The notes: a model not told the origin generated them from the sequence alone. A stretch of 64,000 nt of DNA from Bdellovibrionales bacterium (GCA_965205945.1 CBDBIB010000001.1:480001-544000), one strand, 5' to 3'. Counted from the first letter of the stretch, positions 50,932 through 62,487 are shown. Numbers and translations are program-made.

Positions 50932-53700
50932 ATGGCAGCGCTAGATTTTAAAAATTCTGAGTCTATTTTAAAAAGAGTTCATTACCTTACAAACCAAATG
51001 ATTTTTATGGCCAATAATGATCGTAAAAAATCTAAAGGTGACCCTAAGGTTGGCGGTCATTCTTCTGGTAGTTCAAGTGCTCTGCATATTATGGGAGCTT
51101 TACACCTTTATGTAAAATCTGGCTTTGACCACATTGCCAACAAACCCCATGCCTCCCCAGTAGACCACTCATTCAACTATCTTTTAAATTTATTCTTAAA
51201 AGACGATCTAAGCAAAATGCCACTTTGCGACTGCAATATAGCTATGTCAAATCTTAGGGCTTTTTCACAAAAAGAAGAGCCCGTTTTTCAATCTTATCAC
51301 TCCATATTTGACCCTGATCATCATAACTTTTTTCCTTCAGGTACTGTTGGAATACCTCCAGTAAATGCTGGCTATTTAGCTCTTGCCTACAGATATGCTA
51401 AAAGTCATGGCTACAATGTGCCTGATGCACATTTTTGGTCCTTAATTGGAGATGCTGAATTTAGAGAAGGCTCTTTGTTTGAAGCCGTTCCTGATTTTGC
51501 AGAAAGAGAACTTGGAAACTTAACTTGGATTGTTGACTACAACAGACAAAGTCTTGATGGGCATAGAATAATCAACAAAGAAGTCCTTGGTGGAACAGAC
51601 GCAGCCCGTATTTCACAAACAATGAGCACTAACGGCTGGGAGGTAATTCAACTTCAACACGGCACTAAAAGACTAGAGCTTTTTAAAACAAAAAATGGCA
51701 AATCTTTTAAAGAATTCTTAGAAAATTCTTTAGATGACTACTCTTTACAATCTTTACTTTTAATTAAAGAACCAAAAAAACTTACTTCAAACTTAGAAAA
51801 AGATTTTCCAAAGCTTAAGCCTTTCTTAAAAGAAAATAACGCTAAACTTATTTGGAAAGCTCTTCGCTCCTTTGGTGGTCACGATTTAAAACAACTTACA
51901 AGTGCTCTGTTAAAGTCAAAAGCATCTACAAACCGACCTACTATAATCATTGCCCACACCCTTAAAGGCTGGGGGCTAGAGATGCAAGCACAAGCTGGAA
52001 ACCACTCAGCACTTCCATTAAGAGATGAAATGAAAACCCTTCGTATAAATTCAGGGCTAAAAGAAGATGAACTTTTTAAAAAATTTGAGGACAGTTCTCC
52101 TGAAGGAATTTTTTTAAAAAAAAGAAGTGATCAGCTCTATAAAAATATTAAAAAACAACATGAAATCAAAGAGGCAAACACTTTAAAGTTTAGAAAAGAA
52201 ATTGGTGAAAATATTCCTCATTCTTTAAATATCAACTTAAAAATGGCAAGTTACCCTCACACACAGTGGATGCTTGGACAGCTCACCTCAAAACTTACAA
52301 GAATTGCAAACACCCCTAAAAAAGATTTAAATGATTCAGAAAAACTTTGGAAAACAGCTTCTGAGTTAATGGTTTCTATGGCGCCCGATGTTGGAACCAG
52401 TACAAACCTAAGCACTTTAATGAATGGTAAAATTTTTGAAGCCTTAAACCTAACAGATAAAGAAACTGACTACGGTGTGAAAGATCAAAAATCTCCAAAT
52501 TTAATTCCAGGACAGAGCATATCCCACAGGTTTTTAAGGTTTGAAATTGCTGAAGCTAACGCTATGTCGTGCCAAGGTTCTTTTGGAAAGATAAGAGATA
52601 TTTTAGGAATACCATTGATACCTTTAATGACTATTTATGATTTTTTCTTAAAGCGCGCACATGATCAGTTTTTTTATAACCTTTATTGGAAATCTAGCTT
52701 TATAGCTGTTGGAACACCTTCTGGCGTTACACTTTCTCCTGAAGGCGCCCAGCACGGATGGAAATCTGATTTTCAAATTCCAAACCAAACAACATGGGAG
52801 CCCTTCTTCTGCCAAGAGCTTGATTGGATTCTCTGCCACTCACTTAAAGAACATTTTAACAATACAAACCATGAAAAAACTGGTGTTCTTATTAGAGGTG
52901 TTACAAGAGGAGTCGAACAAAAAGATCTTCTTAAGTACCTTAAAAAACAAAAAAGATTTAAAACTGATCAAAGCGGAGAGCTAAATTTTAAAGACTCTGG
53001 AATAAACGGCGGCCTTGATGAGGCTAAAGTTTCAACATTATCTGAAACTGAAATATTTAAAACTTTAAGACAAGAGGTTTTAGCTGGAGCATACAAACTA
53101 ATAGACTACAGTGGTTACAAAGGTTATGAGCCTGGAGATAATGTTGTAAATATCTTTTCTCTAGGCTCTTTAACAACTGAGACCATTAAAGCTTCTAACA
53201 AACTCCTTAAAAAAGGTATTTATGCAAACGTTATTGTCACCACAAACACTGACTTACTAGCAGGAAACCTTGCCCATAAAAATAACTATTATTATTTAAA
53301 ACAATACCTTAAAATCAATGGTGATCTTCACCTAACTTTAAAAAATTCAACCCTTAAAGATGACGACACTTTTACAGTTTCTGGAAGGCGTATTCCAATA
53401 GTAAGTGTTCATGACGGTGAGCCTGGTTTATTAGACAACTTAGGCTCTATCGTAGGTGTGAAGCATGAAGCTCTTGCAGTAAGAAAGCACTCTAAGTGTG
53501 GTCAGCCGGAAGATATCTACGCTTACCATGGAATTAACTCTCATTCAGTTGTTAAAGCCTGTGGAAAAGTTTTAGGAGAAACAGCACTAGAAGATGTGAA
53601 AGTTTCTAAAGAAATTTTAAAAACATTAAAAACATCTAGTGTGACAAGTGTTAAAGAAAATTGGGAAAATTTGTGGCCAAACAACACTAATAAGCATTAA
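50932..53700 (+). CDS. aceE: Pyruvate dehydrogenase E1, homodimeric AceE-like
   Basis: KVGGHSS, KPHASP, GDAEFREG..NRQSLD ThDP motif, IIAHTLKGW, TPSGVTLSPEGAQH. Confidence 0.85.
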   Translation: MAALDFKNSESILKRVHYLTNQMIFMANNDRKKSKGDPKVGGHSSGSSSALHIMGALHLYVKSGFDHIANKPHASPVDHSFNYLLNLFLKDDLSKMPLCDCNIAMSNLRAFSQKEEPVFQSYHSIFDPDHHNFFPSGTVGIPPVNAGYLALAYRYAKSHGYNVPDAHFWSLIGDAEFREGSLFEAVPDFAERELGNLTWIVDYNRQSLDGHRIINKEVLGGTDAARISQTMSTNGWEVIQLQHGTKRLELFKTKNGKSFKEFLENSLDDYSLQSLLLIKEPKKLTSNLEKDFPKLKPFLKENNAKLIWKALRSFGGHDLKQLTSALLKSKASTNRPTIIIAHTLKGWGLEMQAQAGNHSALPLRDEMKTLRINSGLKEDELFKKFEDSSPEGIFLKKRSDQLYKNIKKQHEIKEANTLKFRKEIGENIPHSLNINLKMASYPHTQWMLGQLTSKLTRIANTPKKDLNDSEKLWKTASELMVSMAPDVGTSTNLSTLMNGKIFEALNLTDKETDYGVKDQKSPNLIPGQSISHRFLRFEIAEANAMSCQGSFGKIRDILGIPLIPLMTIYDFFLKRAHDQFFYNLYWKSSFIAVGTPSGVTLSPEGAQHGWKSDFQIPNQTTWEPFFCQELDWILCHSLKEHFNNTNHEKTGVLIRGVTRGVEQKDLLKYLKKQKRFKTDQSGELNFKDSGINGGLDEAKVSTLSETEIFKTLRQEVLAGAYKLIDYSGYKGYEPGDNVVNIFSLGSLTTETIKASNKLLKKGIYANVIVTTNTDLLAGNLAHKNNYYYLKQYLKINGDLHLTLKNSTLKDDDTFTVSGRRIPIVSVHDGEPGLLDNLGSIVGVKHEALAVRKHSKCGQPEDIYAYHGINSHSVVKACGKVLGETALEDVKVSKEILKTLKTSSVTSVKENWENLWPNNTNKH

Positions 53701-53709
53701 AACCTAAAG

Positions 53710-54366
53710 CTAATTTTTAATCCCAATACTCATACCTTGAAGTGTTGGAAGCATCATACCTGTATACTCGCCACTTGCACCCCCTAAAATCAAATTAAAC
53801 TCTTTCATTTTAAGCCAAGTATTTTTAGAATAATTTTCCGGAGGTTTATCACTTAAAACATGGTCAAACAAAAATGTATTATCACCAACTACAACCGCTC
53901 CTTTTGATAAATAAGGCCCCGCTAATTTTAAATACTTTAAGTAGTTTCCTTTATCAGCATCTATGAATAAAAAATCTATTTTTTTTTTCTTATTCCAATT
54001 TTCTAAAAAACATGAACCACTTAAATGAACCAATTCAACTTGCCCACACTTATTGTGAGCACTAATATTATTTCTAGCTTTATCAAAGTTTTCCTTAGAG
54101 TTTTCTACAGACCAAATCTTAGTTTTAGAGCCCACTCCTTCTAAAAGCCAGTTTAAAGAATAACCGTAAAGAGTGCCTAGTTCTACAATATTTAATGGTT
54201 TAGCTAAACGTACAAGTTGACTAAGAATTTTTCCTTCATAAGAACTTACCTGTATGGCTTTATTATCCATTTCAAGTTGTTTTGCTATGTTCTTCATCAT
54301 TTCTGTTTCTATAGCAAATATATCTTCTATGTACCTAATTCTTGCTGAAACCTCAATAGACTTCAC
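53710..54366 (-). CDS. SAM-dependent O-methyltransferase (Methyltransf_3)
   Basis: VELGTLYGYS, FLFIDADKGNY, VVGDN. Confidence 0.88.
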   Translation of the reverse strand: MKSIEVSARIRYIEDIFAIETEMMKNIAKQLEMDNKAIQVSSYEGKILSQLVRLAKPLNIVELGTLYGYSLNWLLEGVGSKTKIWSVENSKENFDKARNNISAHNKCGQVELVHLSGSCFLENWNKKKKIDFLFIDADKGNYLKYLKLAGPYLSKGAVVVGDNTFLFDHVLSDKPPENYSKNTWLKMKEFNLILGGASGEYTGMMLPTLQGMSIGIKN

Positions 54367-54467
54367 AGCTCTCCTTACATGATAAGCTTTGTATTTTATA
54401 ATATTTTTGAATATAAAGAAACTTATTATATAAAGTTAAAATACTGCTTTAAAAAAGGGGTTAAACC

Positions 54468-56195
54468 ATGAGTGCTCAATTAGAAGTCAGAGATTTAGTG
54501 GTGAGCTTTAAAACTGATGAAACCACTATAAATGCTGTAAAAAAAATCTCATTCAATATCCCAAAAGGTAAAACAGTTGGGCTTGTTGGAGAGTCTGGCT
54601 CTGGTAAAAGCGTCACCTCATTAGCAACCATGAGACTTATCCCCACACCTCCGGGTAAAATAACAGGGGGCAAGATTTTTTTTAACGGTACAGACCTTTT
54701 AAAGCTTTCAGAGCCTGAGATGAGAAAAATTCGTGGAAAAAAGATTTCAATGATTTTCCAAGAACCTATGACAAGTTTAAACCCTGTGTTTACAGTTGGT
54801 GATCAAGTTGCAGAAACCCTCATGCTCCATGAAAACTTAAACAAAGAAGACGCTTTAAAACAAACAGCAAAACTTTTTAATCAAGTTGGAATACCTGACC
54901 CCCAAATGCGTATTGCTAGCTATCCCCATCAAATGAGTGGTGGACAAAGACAACGTGTAATGATCGCAATGGCCATTGCATGCTCTCCAGATATTCTCAT
55001 TGCTGATGAGCCCACAACAGCATTAGATGTTACGATTCAAAAACAAATTCTAGACTTAATGGCTAATATTCAAAAGAAATTTAATATGAGTATTTTATTC
55101 ATCACTCATGATCTTGGTGTAATTGCAGACATTGCTGATGAGGTGATTGTCATGTATAAAGGTGATCTTGTTGAGAAAGGAACTACTGAACAAATCTTTA
55201 CAAATCCTCAACACCCCTACACAAAGGGGCTTTTAGCCTGCCGCCCATCTTTAGAATCTAACCCTAAAAGACTTCCCATGGTTTCTGACTTCATGAATCC
55301 TGATGGCAGTGAGATTAAAAATTCTATAACCGCTAAAAAAATTGAAAAATTCACACGATCAATTAGTGAAGAAAAAAACCCTGTACTTTTAGAAGTTAAA
55401 AACCTTGAAAAACACTTTCCATTGAAAAAAAATTTTTTTGGAAAACCTCTAACATTTATAAAAGCTGTAGACGATGTGACCCTTAATGTTAGAAAAGGTC
55501 GAACACTCGGTTTAGTTGGTGAATCAGGTTGTGGAAAAACCACTTTAGGAAGAACAATCCTTAAGCTTATTGAGCCCACGTCTGGAGATATAATCTATAA
55601 AGGAAGAAATCTTGTAAACCTTCCTAAAAAAGAAATGCGTGACTTAAGACGTGACCTACAAATTATCTTTCAAGATCCCTATGCCTCCTTAAACCCGAGA
55701 ATGACCATAGGCTCTGCAATCATGGAACCTATGATTATCCACAAACTTTCTAAAAATAAAGAAGAACGAGTTCAAAGAACTAAAGAGCTTCTTGTTAAGG
55801 TTGGTCTAGATGAATCATTTATCAATAGATACCCCCACGAGTTTTCAGGAGGTCAAAGGCAAAGAATCTGTATTGCCAGGGCTTTAGCAGTTAACCCTGA
55901 ATTCATAATTTGTGATGAATCTGTTTCCGCGCTTGATGTTTCCGTACAATCACAGATTTTAAACCTTTTTTTAGATCTTCAAGAAGAAATGGGACTTACA
56001 TATATCTTTATCTCCCATGATTTAGCCGTAGTTAAATTTATTGCTGATGAGATTGCTGTTATGAACAATGGTAAGGTTGTTGAACTTGCTGATTGCATTT
56101 CAATTTATGAAAACCCACAAGAAGAATATACAAAAAAATTATTATCTGCCATTCCTAAAGGAGTTCCAAAAACTCTCACTCAGCCACATATTTAA
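54468..56195 (+). CDS. Peptide ABC transporter, fused double ATPase (YejF/GsiA type)
   Basis: Two cassettes: GESGSGKS/SGGQRQR and GESGCGKT/SGGQRQR; HPYT motif. Confidence 0.93.
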   Translation: MSAQLEVRDLVVSFKTDETTINAVKKISFNIPKGKTVGLVGESGSGKSVTSLATMRLIPTPPGKITGGKIFFNGTDLLKLSEPEMRKIRGKKISMIFQEPMTSLNPVFTVGDQVAETLMLHENLNKEDALKQTAKLFNQVGIPDPQMRIASYPHQMSGGQRQRVMIAMAIACSPDILIADEPTTALDVTIQKQILDLMANIQKKFNMSILFITHDLGVIADIADEVIVMYKGDLVEKGTTEQIFTNPQHPYTKGLLACRPSLESNPKRLPMVSDFMNPDGSEIKNSITAKKIEKFTRSISEEKNPVLLEVKNLEKHFPLKKNFFGKPLTFIKAVDDVTLNVRKGRTLGLVGESGCGKTTLGRTILKLIEPTSGDIIYKGRNLVNLPKKEMRDLRRDLQIIFQDPYASLNPRMTIGSAIMEPMIIHKLSKNKEERVQRTKELLVKVGLDESFINRYPHEFSGGQRQRICIARALAVNPEFIICDESVSALDVSVQSQILNLFLDLQEEMGLTYIFISHDLAVVKFIADEIAVMNNGKVVELADCISIYENPQEEYTKKLLSAIPKGVPKTLTQPHI

Positions 56196-56196
56196 A

Positions 56197-56685
56197 CTAG
56201 AGCAGCCGTTTAAGCTTCTTTCTTAAAACACTAAGCTCAAAAGGTTTTGTAAGGTAATCACTAGCACCAACTTTCTTACCTTTTGCAATATCAAGCTCGC
56301 TATTTCTACCTGATATAAAAATCAATGGAATATCTTTTAAATCTTCATTTTTCTTTAAAATTTGTGCAAGCTCATAACCATCAATCCATGGCAAGCCTAC
56401 ATCTAAAAGTATCACATCTATTGGATCTGAACCTAAAACTTCACTCAACTGTGTTCCATCTAAGGAGGCTGTAACCTTATAGCCTTCACGCTTTAAAAAT
56501 TTAACCATGGCATATCTAAAAGAATCATCATCATCAATTAAAAGAATATGAAACAGCGTTTTATTTTTTTTTATTCTTTGAAACTCACTTAAGGAAATAA
56601 CTTTTTTAGATTTTACTCTTTCTTTCGTTATTTTTTCAATTTCATCAACTAAACTTTCTACGTTAATTTTTTTTCGATCACTCAT
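56197..56685 (-). CDS. Single-domain response regulator with N-terminal extension
   Basis: LLIDDD, LLDVGLP, DGYE, FISG, KPF. Confidence 0.92.
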   Translation of the reverse strand: MSDRKKINVESLVDEIEKITKERVKSKKVISLSEFQRIKKNKTLFHILLIDDDDSFRYAMVKFLKREGYKVTASLDGTQLSEVLGSDPIDVILLDVGLPWIDGYELAQILKKNEDLKDIPLIFISGRNSELDIAKGKKVGASDYLTKPFELSVLRKKLKRLL

Positions 56686-56765
56686 TTACAGTGCCCTCGC
56701 TAAAGCACATACAGTCTTATATACTTTTAAGAAAAAAACTACTTAGACCAGACCCAAGGAGTGCT

Positions 56766-57704
56766 TTAAAGGCCTTGATCCTCTAACCAACGCTCTGACT
56801 CAATTGCCGCCATACAACCAGTTCCTGCAGCCGTAACCGCCTGTCTATAATAACGATCCTGGACATCACCACAAGCGTAAACTCCCTTGACGTTAGTTTT
56901 AGTTGTCCCCGGTTTTATTACAAGATATCCAAGCTCATCTGTATCTAACTGCTTATTAAGAAAACCAGTATTGGGCTTATGCCCAATGGCAATAAAAATT
57001 CCCTCTAAAGCAATCTCTGAGTCTTTATTAGTTTTACTATTATACAGTTTTGCATGAGTAACCCCATGGTCATTACCTAAAATCTCTTTAAGCTCTGAAT
57101 TCCAATGAATTTTAATTTTTTTATGAGCCTTCACACGGCCAGCCATAATCTTTGATGCCCTAAACTCCTCCCTTCTATGAACCACATGAACTTTTGTGGC
57201 AAATCTTGTTAAAAAAAGAGCTTCCTCCATTGCCGTGTCACCACCACCAATTACAGCAACTTCTACATTTTGAAAAAAAGCTCCATCACACGTTGCACAA
57301 GCTGAAACACCTTTATTCATAAATTTTTTCTCAGACTCTAAGCCTAAATATTTTGCACTTGCCCCTGTACTAATTATCAAAACTCTAGCAAGATACTGCT
57401 CCTCATCAACCCACACTTTAAACGGCTGAGCAGATAAATCTACTTTTGTAACATTCTTTGAAATAAAACGAGTGCCAAACCTTGCAGCTTGTTTTTTTGT
57501 AACATCCATTAACTCAGGACCTGAAATTCCATTTGTAAATCCAGGATAATTTTCAACCTCTGTAGTGGTCATCAACTGACCACCTACTTCTTCACCTTCA
57601 ATCATAAGAGGGTTTAGATTTGCACGAGCTGAATAAATAGCTGCTGTTAAGCCTGCTGGCCCAGATCCAATAATTATAACATTTTCTACTTTAGCATCAT
57701 TCAT
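56766..57704 (-). CDS. trxB: Thioredoxin reductase
   Basis: IGSGPAG, GGQL, SACATCDG, GGGDTAMEE, HRR, GDV, RQAVTAAGTG. Confidence 0.98.
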   Translation of the reverse strand: MNDAKVENVIIIGSGPAGLTAAIYSARANLNPLMIEGEEVGGQLMTTTEVENYPGFTNGISGPELMDVTKKQAARFGTRFISKNVTKVDLSAQPFKVWVDEEQYLARVLIISTGASAKYLGLESEKKFMNKGVSACATCDGAFFQNVEVAVIGGGDTAMEEALFLTRFATKVHVVHRREEFRASKIMAGRVKAHKKIKIHWNSELKEILGNDHGVTHAKLYNSKTNKDSEIALEGIFIAIGHKPNTGFLNKQLDTDELGYLVIKPGTTKTNVKGVYACGDVQDRYYRQAVTAAGTGCMAAIESERWLEDQGL

Positions 57705-58435
57705 AAAGTTTCCTTTTACTTAAAGTTTTTCATTTTAAATCAATATCATATTTAAAATTCTTCAATCAATGAAAATCACTTCATATTAAATTTTCCTTTT
57801 AAACTCTCTAGTTTTTTTTAAAGCCACTTTATAAGCTTATATGCAACCTCTCTAGACTTAAGTACTAGACTTAAAACCTCTTAGCCCTAGGCTAAGTTCA
57901 TATATAAAGAGCTAAATATTTAAATTTCAAGACTTTTCTTCTCCATTGATAAAAGACTTTTTTTGCCTATGAATCACTAATACTTCTGGTTAAGTGTTGA
58001 TCTTTCTAAAATGGCAAGACTAATGTAAATAAAAAATTCATTATATTTTCTTACAATCAACTCAATAGGCTTGCACCGTAGGGGTAAAATAATTTACTTA
58101 ATAAGCCCATTTATGACTTAAAAAAAAATTACCGTAAGGCCTGTCACCAGAAATATAAAATATGGCATCAGCCTTATGACCATAAATAAGCCCCATTACC
58201 TTTTTAACAGTGTCCTTTTACCCCCACTAAATTTTTAAGACTTTTTAAATATCCTAAAATATCCGGATATTGGGTTAAAAACCCAAAGCCCCAACCCTTA
58301 AAAAAACTCCTAGAGCAAAGGTTTAAAGATTGCTAAATTGCTATACAAATATGTAGTCATTTCAAAAGCTTTTTAAATGTTTGAAATTTTATAAAATTTT
58401 AACTTAATCTGAATTAAAATTATAGGGATTATATT

Positions 58436-60091
58436 ATGTATACTAAATTATTAATGTTTATCATACTGGCTCTTTTTACAGCCTGCGCGCCATCTAACTC
58501 AATAAAAGATACTTGGCCTGGAATAGATGATGAAAGCTTTAAACTAAAAAATAATATCTCTACTCTATCTAATAATAACCTCGATGTCTTTTCTTTTACA
58601 ACCCAGATTCTTTTACCGAAAATGGGTGCTGATGTCAGCTACACTATCACATCAACGTGTACACGCATTCTGCCCATAGCGTCCACAAAAAAAATGCTTT
58701 ATAGCAAAACTACTGTTTATCCTGCTACTAAATTTAAAAACCCTTTACATTTACAAACCTTTGAACATCTTCCAGAAGAAATGATTATTTTTCCAAAACA
58801 TTTTTCAAAATGTGACTTTAAATTAAATGCTAAAAATCAAAACAGCTCCACGGACTCTGCTCTTTTAAAAAACCAAGTTTTTAAAATTCTACCTAATGAG
58901 CATCATCTTTCTATAGCTAGAACTAGAAAACAACAAACTCAAAAAAAAACCGCTCTGCCTTTAAAAACAGAACTTTTTAAATTCATAGTCAGATCCTTAG
59001 ATTCTAAGCGTATAAAGAACCTAGAAACTATCTGTTATACAAACAAAATTAAGTTTAAAAAAACGCCTAAAATAAATCATTCCCAACTTAATGCCAATAG
59101 AATTTTATTTCCCAAAGAAACTAAAGATTTTCCTTTAGAGTACTGTAGGCTTAAGGCTGTCTTAATAAATACCAAAAAAATTGTGTTCTCACCTGTCTTT
59201 AAATTTATTAATAGAGAGCATCTGCCTATTATTAAAACCTCTGAAAATTTAAAAATTCCTCCCTCCCCCTCATCAAAAGTAGGAATTTCTTATAATAGCA
59301 GTTCATTTATTGACATCTTAGCATTATTTAAAATTAACTTCATAAACACTTCTAATAAAGATAGTCTTCAAATACGCATCCACGCAGAAGACAGTATACA
59401 AAATATTTTTCTAATCAATACTCTTAAATACATATCAAACACTTATAATAGATCCGTAACTAAATACTTTTACCGCCCTAACTTTAAACCCGTAAGTACT
59501 TACTTTGCCTGGGTAGTTCCTAAAACTGGAAATACAACGTCCATTATAAAACTTAAACCAAAAAAAATGCAAACATTAGAATTTAAAGCTTTTCCATCTT
59601 TTAAATGTTCGAATAACCACAAGGAGCTTGGATTTGTAATTGCCCCTGAAAAGAATAATCCTCTTTTTAATTACTCTTTAATAAACAAAAATGATTTCAT
59701 ATCAGAGGCTATATACACTAAAAACATTTTATTCAACACCAACCTTAAAATCAATGTTAATAACATACCAATTCAAATTTTAAAACCGTTCTTAAACTCC
59801 TCAGAATTTCAACTGTATTTTAGAAATCAAAACGTTCTACCTAATCGAAATATTGATTTTGTATCGACACGTCACCAATCCTATGAAAAAGTGAAAAGGG
59901 TTATATTTACAGGCCCTTTGAAAGACTATAATCTATATCCTCCACCTAAAGAATATCCTCTTGTTTTTAATGCCTATGTTAAAAAAGATACCACAAAATG
60001 CACACCTTTAAGAACCATTCAAAAAGATGGTGTATCCCCAGATGGAGAACCTATTTTACAGCCTTTAGAAAACAGATCCGTTGATCTTTAG
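58436..60091 (+). CDS. Hypothetical lipoprotein
   Basis: Lipobox FTA-C; 551-aa ORF with scattered Cys; no recognisable domain. Confidence 0.7.
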   Translation: MYTKLLMFIILALFTACAPSNSIKDTWPGIDDESFKLKNNISTLSNNNLDVFSFTTQILLPKMGADVSYTITSTCTRILPIASTKKMLYSKTTVYPATKFKNPLHLQTFEHLPEEMIIFPKHFSKCDFKLNAKNQNSSTDSALLKNQVFKILPNEHHLSIARTRKQQTQKKTALPLKTELFKFIVRSLDSKRIKNLETICYTNKIKFKKTPKINHSQLNANRILFPKETKDFPLEYCRLKAVLINTKKIVFSPVFKFINREHLPIIKTSENLKIPPSPSSKVGISYNSSSFIDILALFKINFINTSNKDSLQIRIHAEDSIQNIFLINTLKYISNTYNRSVTKYFYRPNFKPVSTYFAWVVPKTGNTTSIIKLKPKKMQTLEFKAFPSFKCSNNHKELGFVIAPEKNNPLFNYSLINKNDFISEAIYTKNILFNTNLKINVNNIPIQILKPFLNSSEFQLYFRNQNVLPNRNIDFVSTRHQSYEKVKRVIFTGPLKDYNLYPPPKEYPLVFNAYVKKDTTKCTPLRTIQKDGVSPDGEPILQPLENRSVDL

Positions 60092-60743
60092 ATAAGGCTA
60101 CTTCTTCAAAATGAGTCACAAAATTTGTAATTATTTTTTCTGAATTATGTAAATCTCTTGTTACAAAGTTTACTTTAAATCTTGAATTATTAAATAAAAC
60201 CTGTGACCAATCAAAATAGTTCCTATCATCTGTTTTAAATTCTACAAATGATTCTGACTTCATAAGAGTATAAAGCTCGTCTAAAAATTGTGTTTGTATC
60301 AACCTATGTTTCCAATGTTTTTTTTTAGGCCATGGGTCTGGATGATGAATATAAACATTATTAATTTCTTCTGAATTAAAAATATCTATTATCCCACTAG
60401 CATTAAACCTGCACATGTATGCATTATTTTTAGCACCTGCCTGTAACGCTCTATTAATAGACTGAATCAAGGGTTTATACTTAATTTCAAAACCTAGAAG
60501 GCCTCTATGTAAATTTTTAGAAGAACGGTCTGCAAAGTGATAACCATTGCCTGTGCCTATTTCAATATCTAAAGGGTAATTTTCCTCCTTTTTAAACACC
60601 TTAGATCTCCATAAACCTTTAAATTCTAAAGCTTTTTCTTGATCAAAAGCTTTATCAGACATCTTTCCAAGTAGCATTTGCGCATACATATTAGGTTTTA
60701 AAAGATCCGATGTTTTAGTTAATCTTGCTCTACAACCTTTCAC
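60051..60743 (-). CDS. trmB: tRNA (guanine-N7)-methyltransferase
   Basis: IEIGTGNG, GFEI, HPDPWPKKKHWKHRL, FKTD, THFE. Confidence 0.95.
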   Translation of the reverse strand: MKGCRARLTKTSDLLKPNMYAQMLLGKMSDKAFDQEKALEFKGLWRSKVFKKEENYPLDIEIGTGNGYHFADRSSKNLHRGLLGFEIKYKPLIQSINRALQAGAKNNAYMCRFNASGIIDIFNSEEINNVYIHHPDPWPKKKHWKHRLIQTQFLDELYTLMKSESFVEFKTDDRNYFDWSQVLFNNSRFKVNFVTRDLHNSEKIITNFVTHFEEVALSKDQRICFLKAVK

Positions 60744-60834
60744 ACACCTTACTCCTTAACGCAGACTAGATAGCCTATACTTAAGCGATTTAACAAATTA
60801 CTTTTGAATAAACAAACTTAAATAAGGGTATTTT

Positions 60835-62487
60835 ATGAAATTTATTATTTTTTTAATCTTAACTTTAGTCTCCGCCTTAAGCTTTGCCATTCCAGAGCTT
60901 TCACAACATCTAATGGTTACCGGCCCTTCTAAGCTTGCATTAAAATCAGCTCTACGAGTGGGACGTGAACATGGTAACCCTGTTGATATTACTGTTGCTT
61001 ATGTACTTACCCTTTCTGTTACTCACCCTTACTTTGGGTCTCTTGGCGGCGGAGGCTTTGCTATGGTAAATATGAACGGCACCCCTGAGGCTCTTGATTT
61101 TAGAGAGCAGGCTCCTTTAAAAACTCACAAAAACTATTATTTAAAGGACAAAAATACTCTAAACGCCTCTTGGACCGGTGGTGCTTCAGTTGGAGTACCT
61201 GGTGTGCCCATGGGTTTATGGGCACTTCATAAAAAATATGGCTCAAAACCATGGAAGTCACTCTTTAAAGAAGCTCTTTATTATTCAAAAAAAGGATTTC
61301 CTGTATCTAGTGAGTGGCACAGAATTACAAAAAAAGAAAGTCCTCGTTTTTGGAAGCCCGGATTAAAGCACCTTCTAATCAACAATAAAACTCCGCTCCC
61401 TAAAGATTTATTAAAACAACCAGGTCTTTATAAAGCCCTTAAAAAATTACAAAAATATGGCCCTAAAGGCTTTTACCACGGTGACGTTGCAAAAGACATT
61501 GTTTCATCAGTTCAATCTACAAATGGAGATATGTCTTTAAAAGATTTAAAAACCTACTCTGTTAAATGGAGAACTCCTTTAACCACTGAGTTTAAAGGTT
61601 ATAAGATTTTTTTAATGCCTCCCCCATCTTCTGGAGGAGTTGTAATCAAAACAGCTCTTAAGCTTGTTGAAAAACAAAACTTAAAAAAATACAAACTTTT
61701 AAGTTTAACTGAACTCCACTTACTTGGCGAAATTATGTCTGCATCTTTTAAAGGTAGAGCTTTGTTAGGTGATCCTAGTTTTCATAAAAATCCATTAGAT
61801 TTTCTTTTTAGCAAAAATTATATCAACACCTTAAATAAAAGTATTTCTAAACACAAAGCAAGATACAGAAAACCTTTAGTTGAAAAAAATCTCTTTAAAG
61901 AAAGCACACAAACAACTCATTTAATTGTAATGAATAAAAGCGGCCAAGCAGTTTCTATGACTATTACTTTAAATGGAAATTATGGATCCGGTGTTATTTC
62001 AAAAAAATACGGCTTAGCTTTAAATAATGAAATGGATGACTTTACAACAAAACCTGGAAAACCTAACTTTTTTGGACTGATTCAAGGAAGTGGAAATGTG
62101 GTTGAAGCAGAAAAAAGACCTCTAAGTTCAATGTCTCCAACTATTGTATTAAATAATAAGAATGAGACCTTTTTAGCTCTAGGCGCCCCTGGAGGACCAA
62201 GAATTATTAATAGTGTTTTTCAAACTCTTTATAGAGTAATAGTTAATAATTTAAACATTGAGCAAGCTATTTTTACTCCAAGACTTCATCATCAATTTTT
62301 ACCAAGAGTTTTAAGATTTGAAACAAATAGATTCAGCCCAGAAATATTAAATGGCTTAAGAAAAAAAGGACATAAGTTAAAACCTATTCCAAGAGTAGCT
62401 GTTTCTTATGGTATTAGAAAAAACAAGCAAGGTCTTTTAGAAGGAGCTGCAGACTATCGAGGCGAAGGCCACACTGAAGGTTTATAA
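60835..62487 (+). CDS. ggt: Exported gamma-glutamyltranspeptidase
   Basis: Signal peptide; SLGGGGF, LDFREQAP, PPPSSGG, catalytic QTTH, LNNEMDDF, KRPLSSMSP, GAPGGPRI. Confidence 0.95.
   Translation: MKFIIFLILTLVSALSFAIPELSQHLMVTGPSKLALKSALRVGREHGNPVDITVAYVLTLSVTHPYFGSLGGGGFAMVNMNGTPEALDFREQAPLKTHKNYYLKDKNTLNASWTGGASVGVPGVPMGLWALHKKYGSKPWKSLFKEALYYSKKGFPVSSEWHRITKKESPRFWKPGLKHLLINNKTPLPKDLLKQPGLYKALKKLQKYGPKGFYHGDVAKDIVSSVQSTNGDMSLKDLKTYSVKWRTPLTTEFKGYKIFLMPPPSSGGVVIKTALKLVEKQNLKKYKLLSLTELHLLGEIMSASFKGRALLGDPSFHKNPLDFLFSKNYINTLNKSISKHKARYRKPLVEKNLFKESTQTTHLIVMNKSGQAVSMTITLNGNYGSGVISKKYGLALNNEMDDFTTKPGKPNFFGLIQGSGNVVEAEKRPLSSMSPTIVLNNKNETFLALGAPGGPRIINSVFQTLYRVIVNNLNIEQAIFTPRLHHQFLPRVLRFETNRFSPEILNGLRKKGHKLKPIPRVAVSYGIRKNKQGLLEGAADYRGEGHTEGL

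Noticed and set aside
58094..58121. Third dif-like site TTACTTAATAA-GCCCAT-TTATGACTTAA
   Set aside because: Only the inner ATAA-N6-TTATG matches; the outer arms are unlike the other two sites and such a match is expected by chance in AT-rich DNA.
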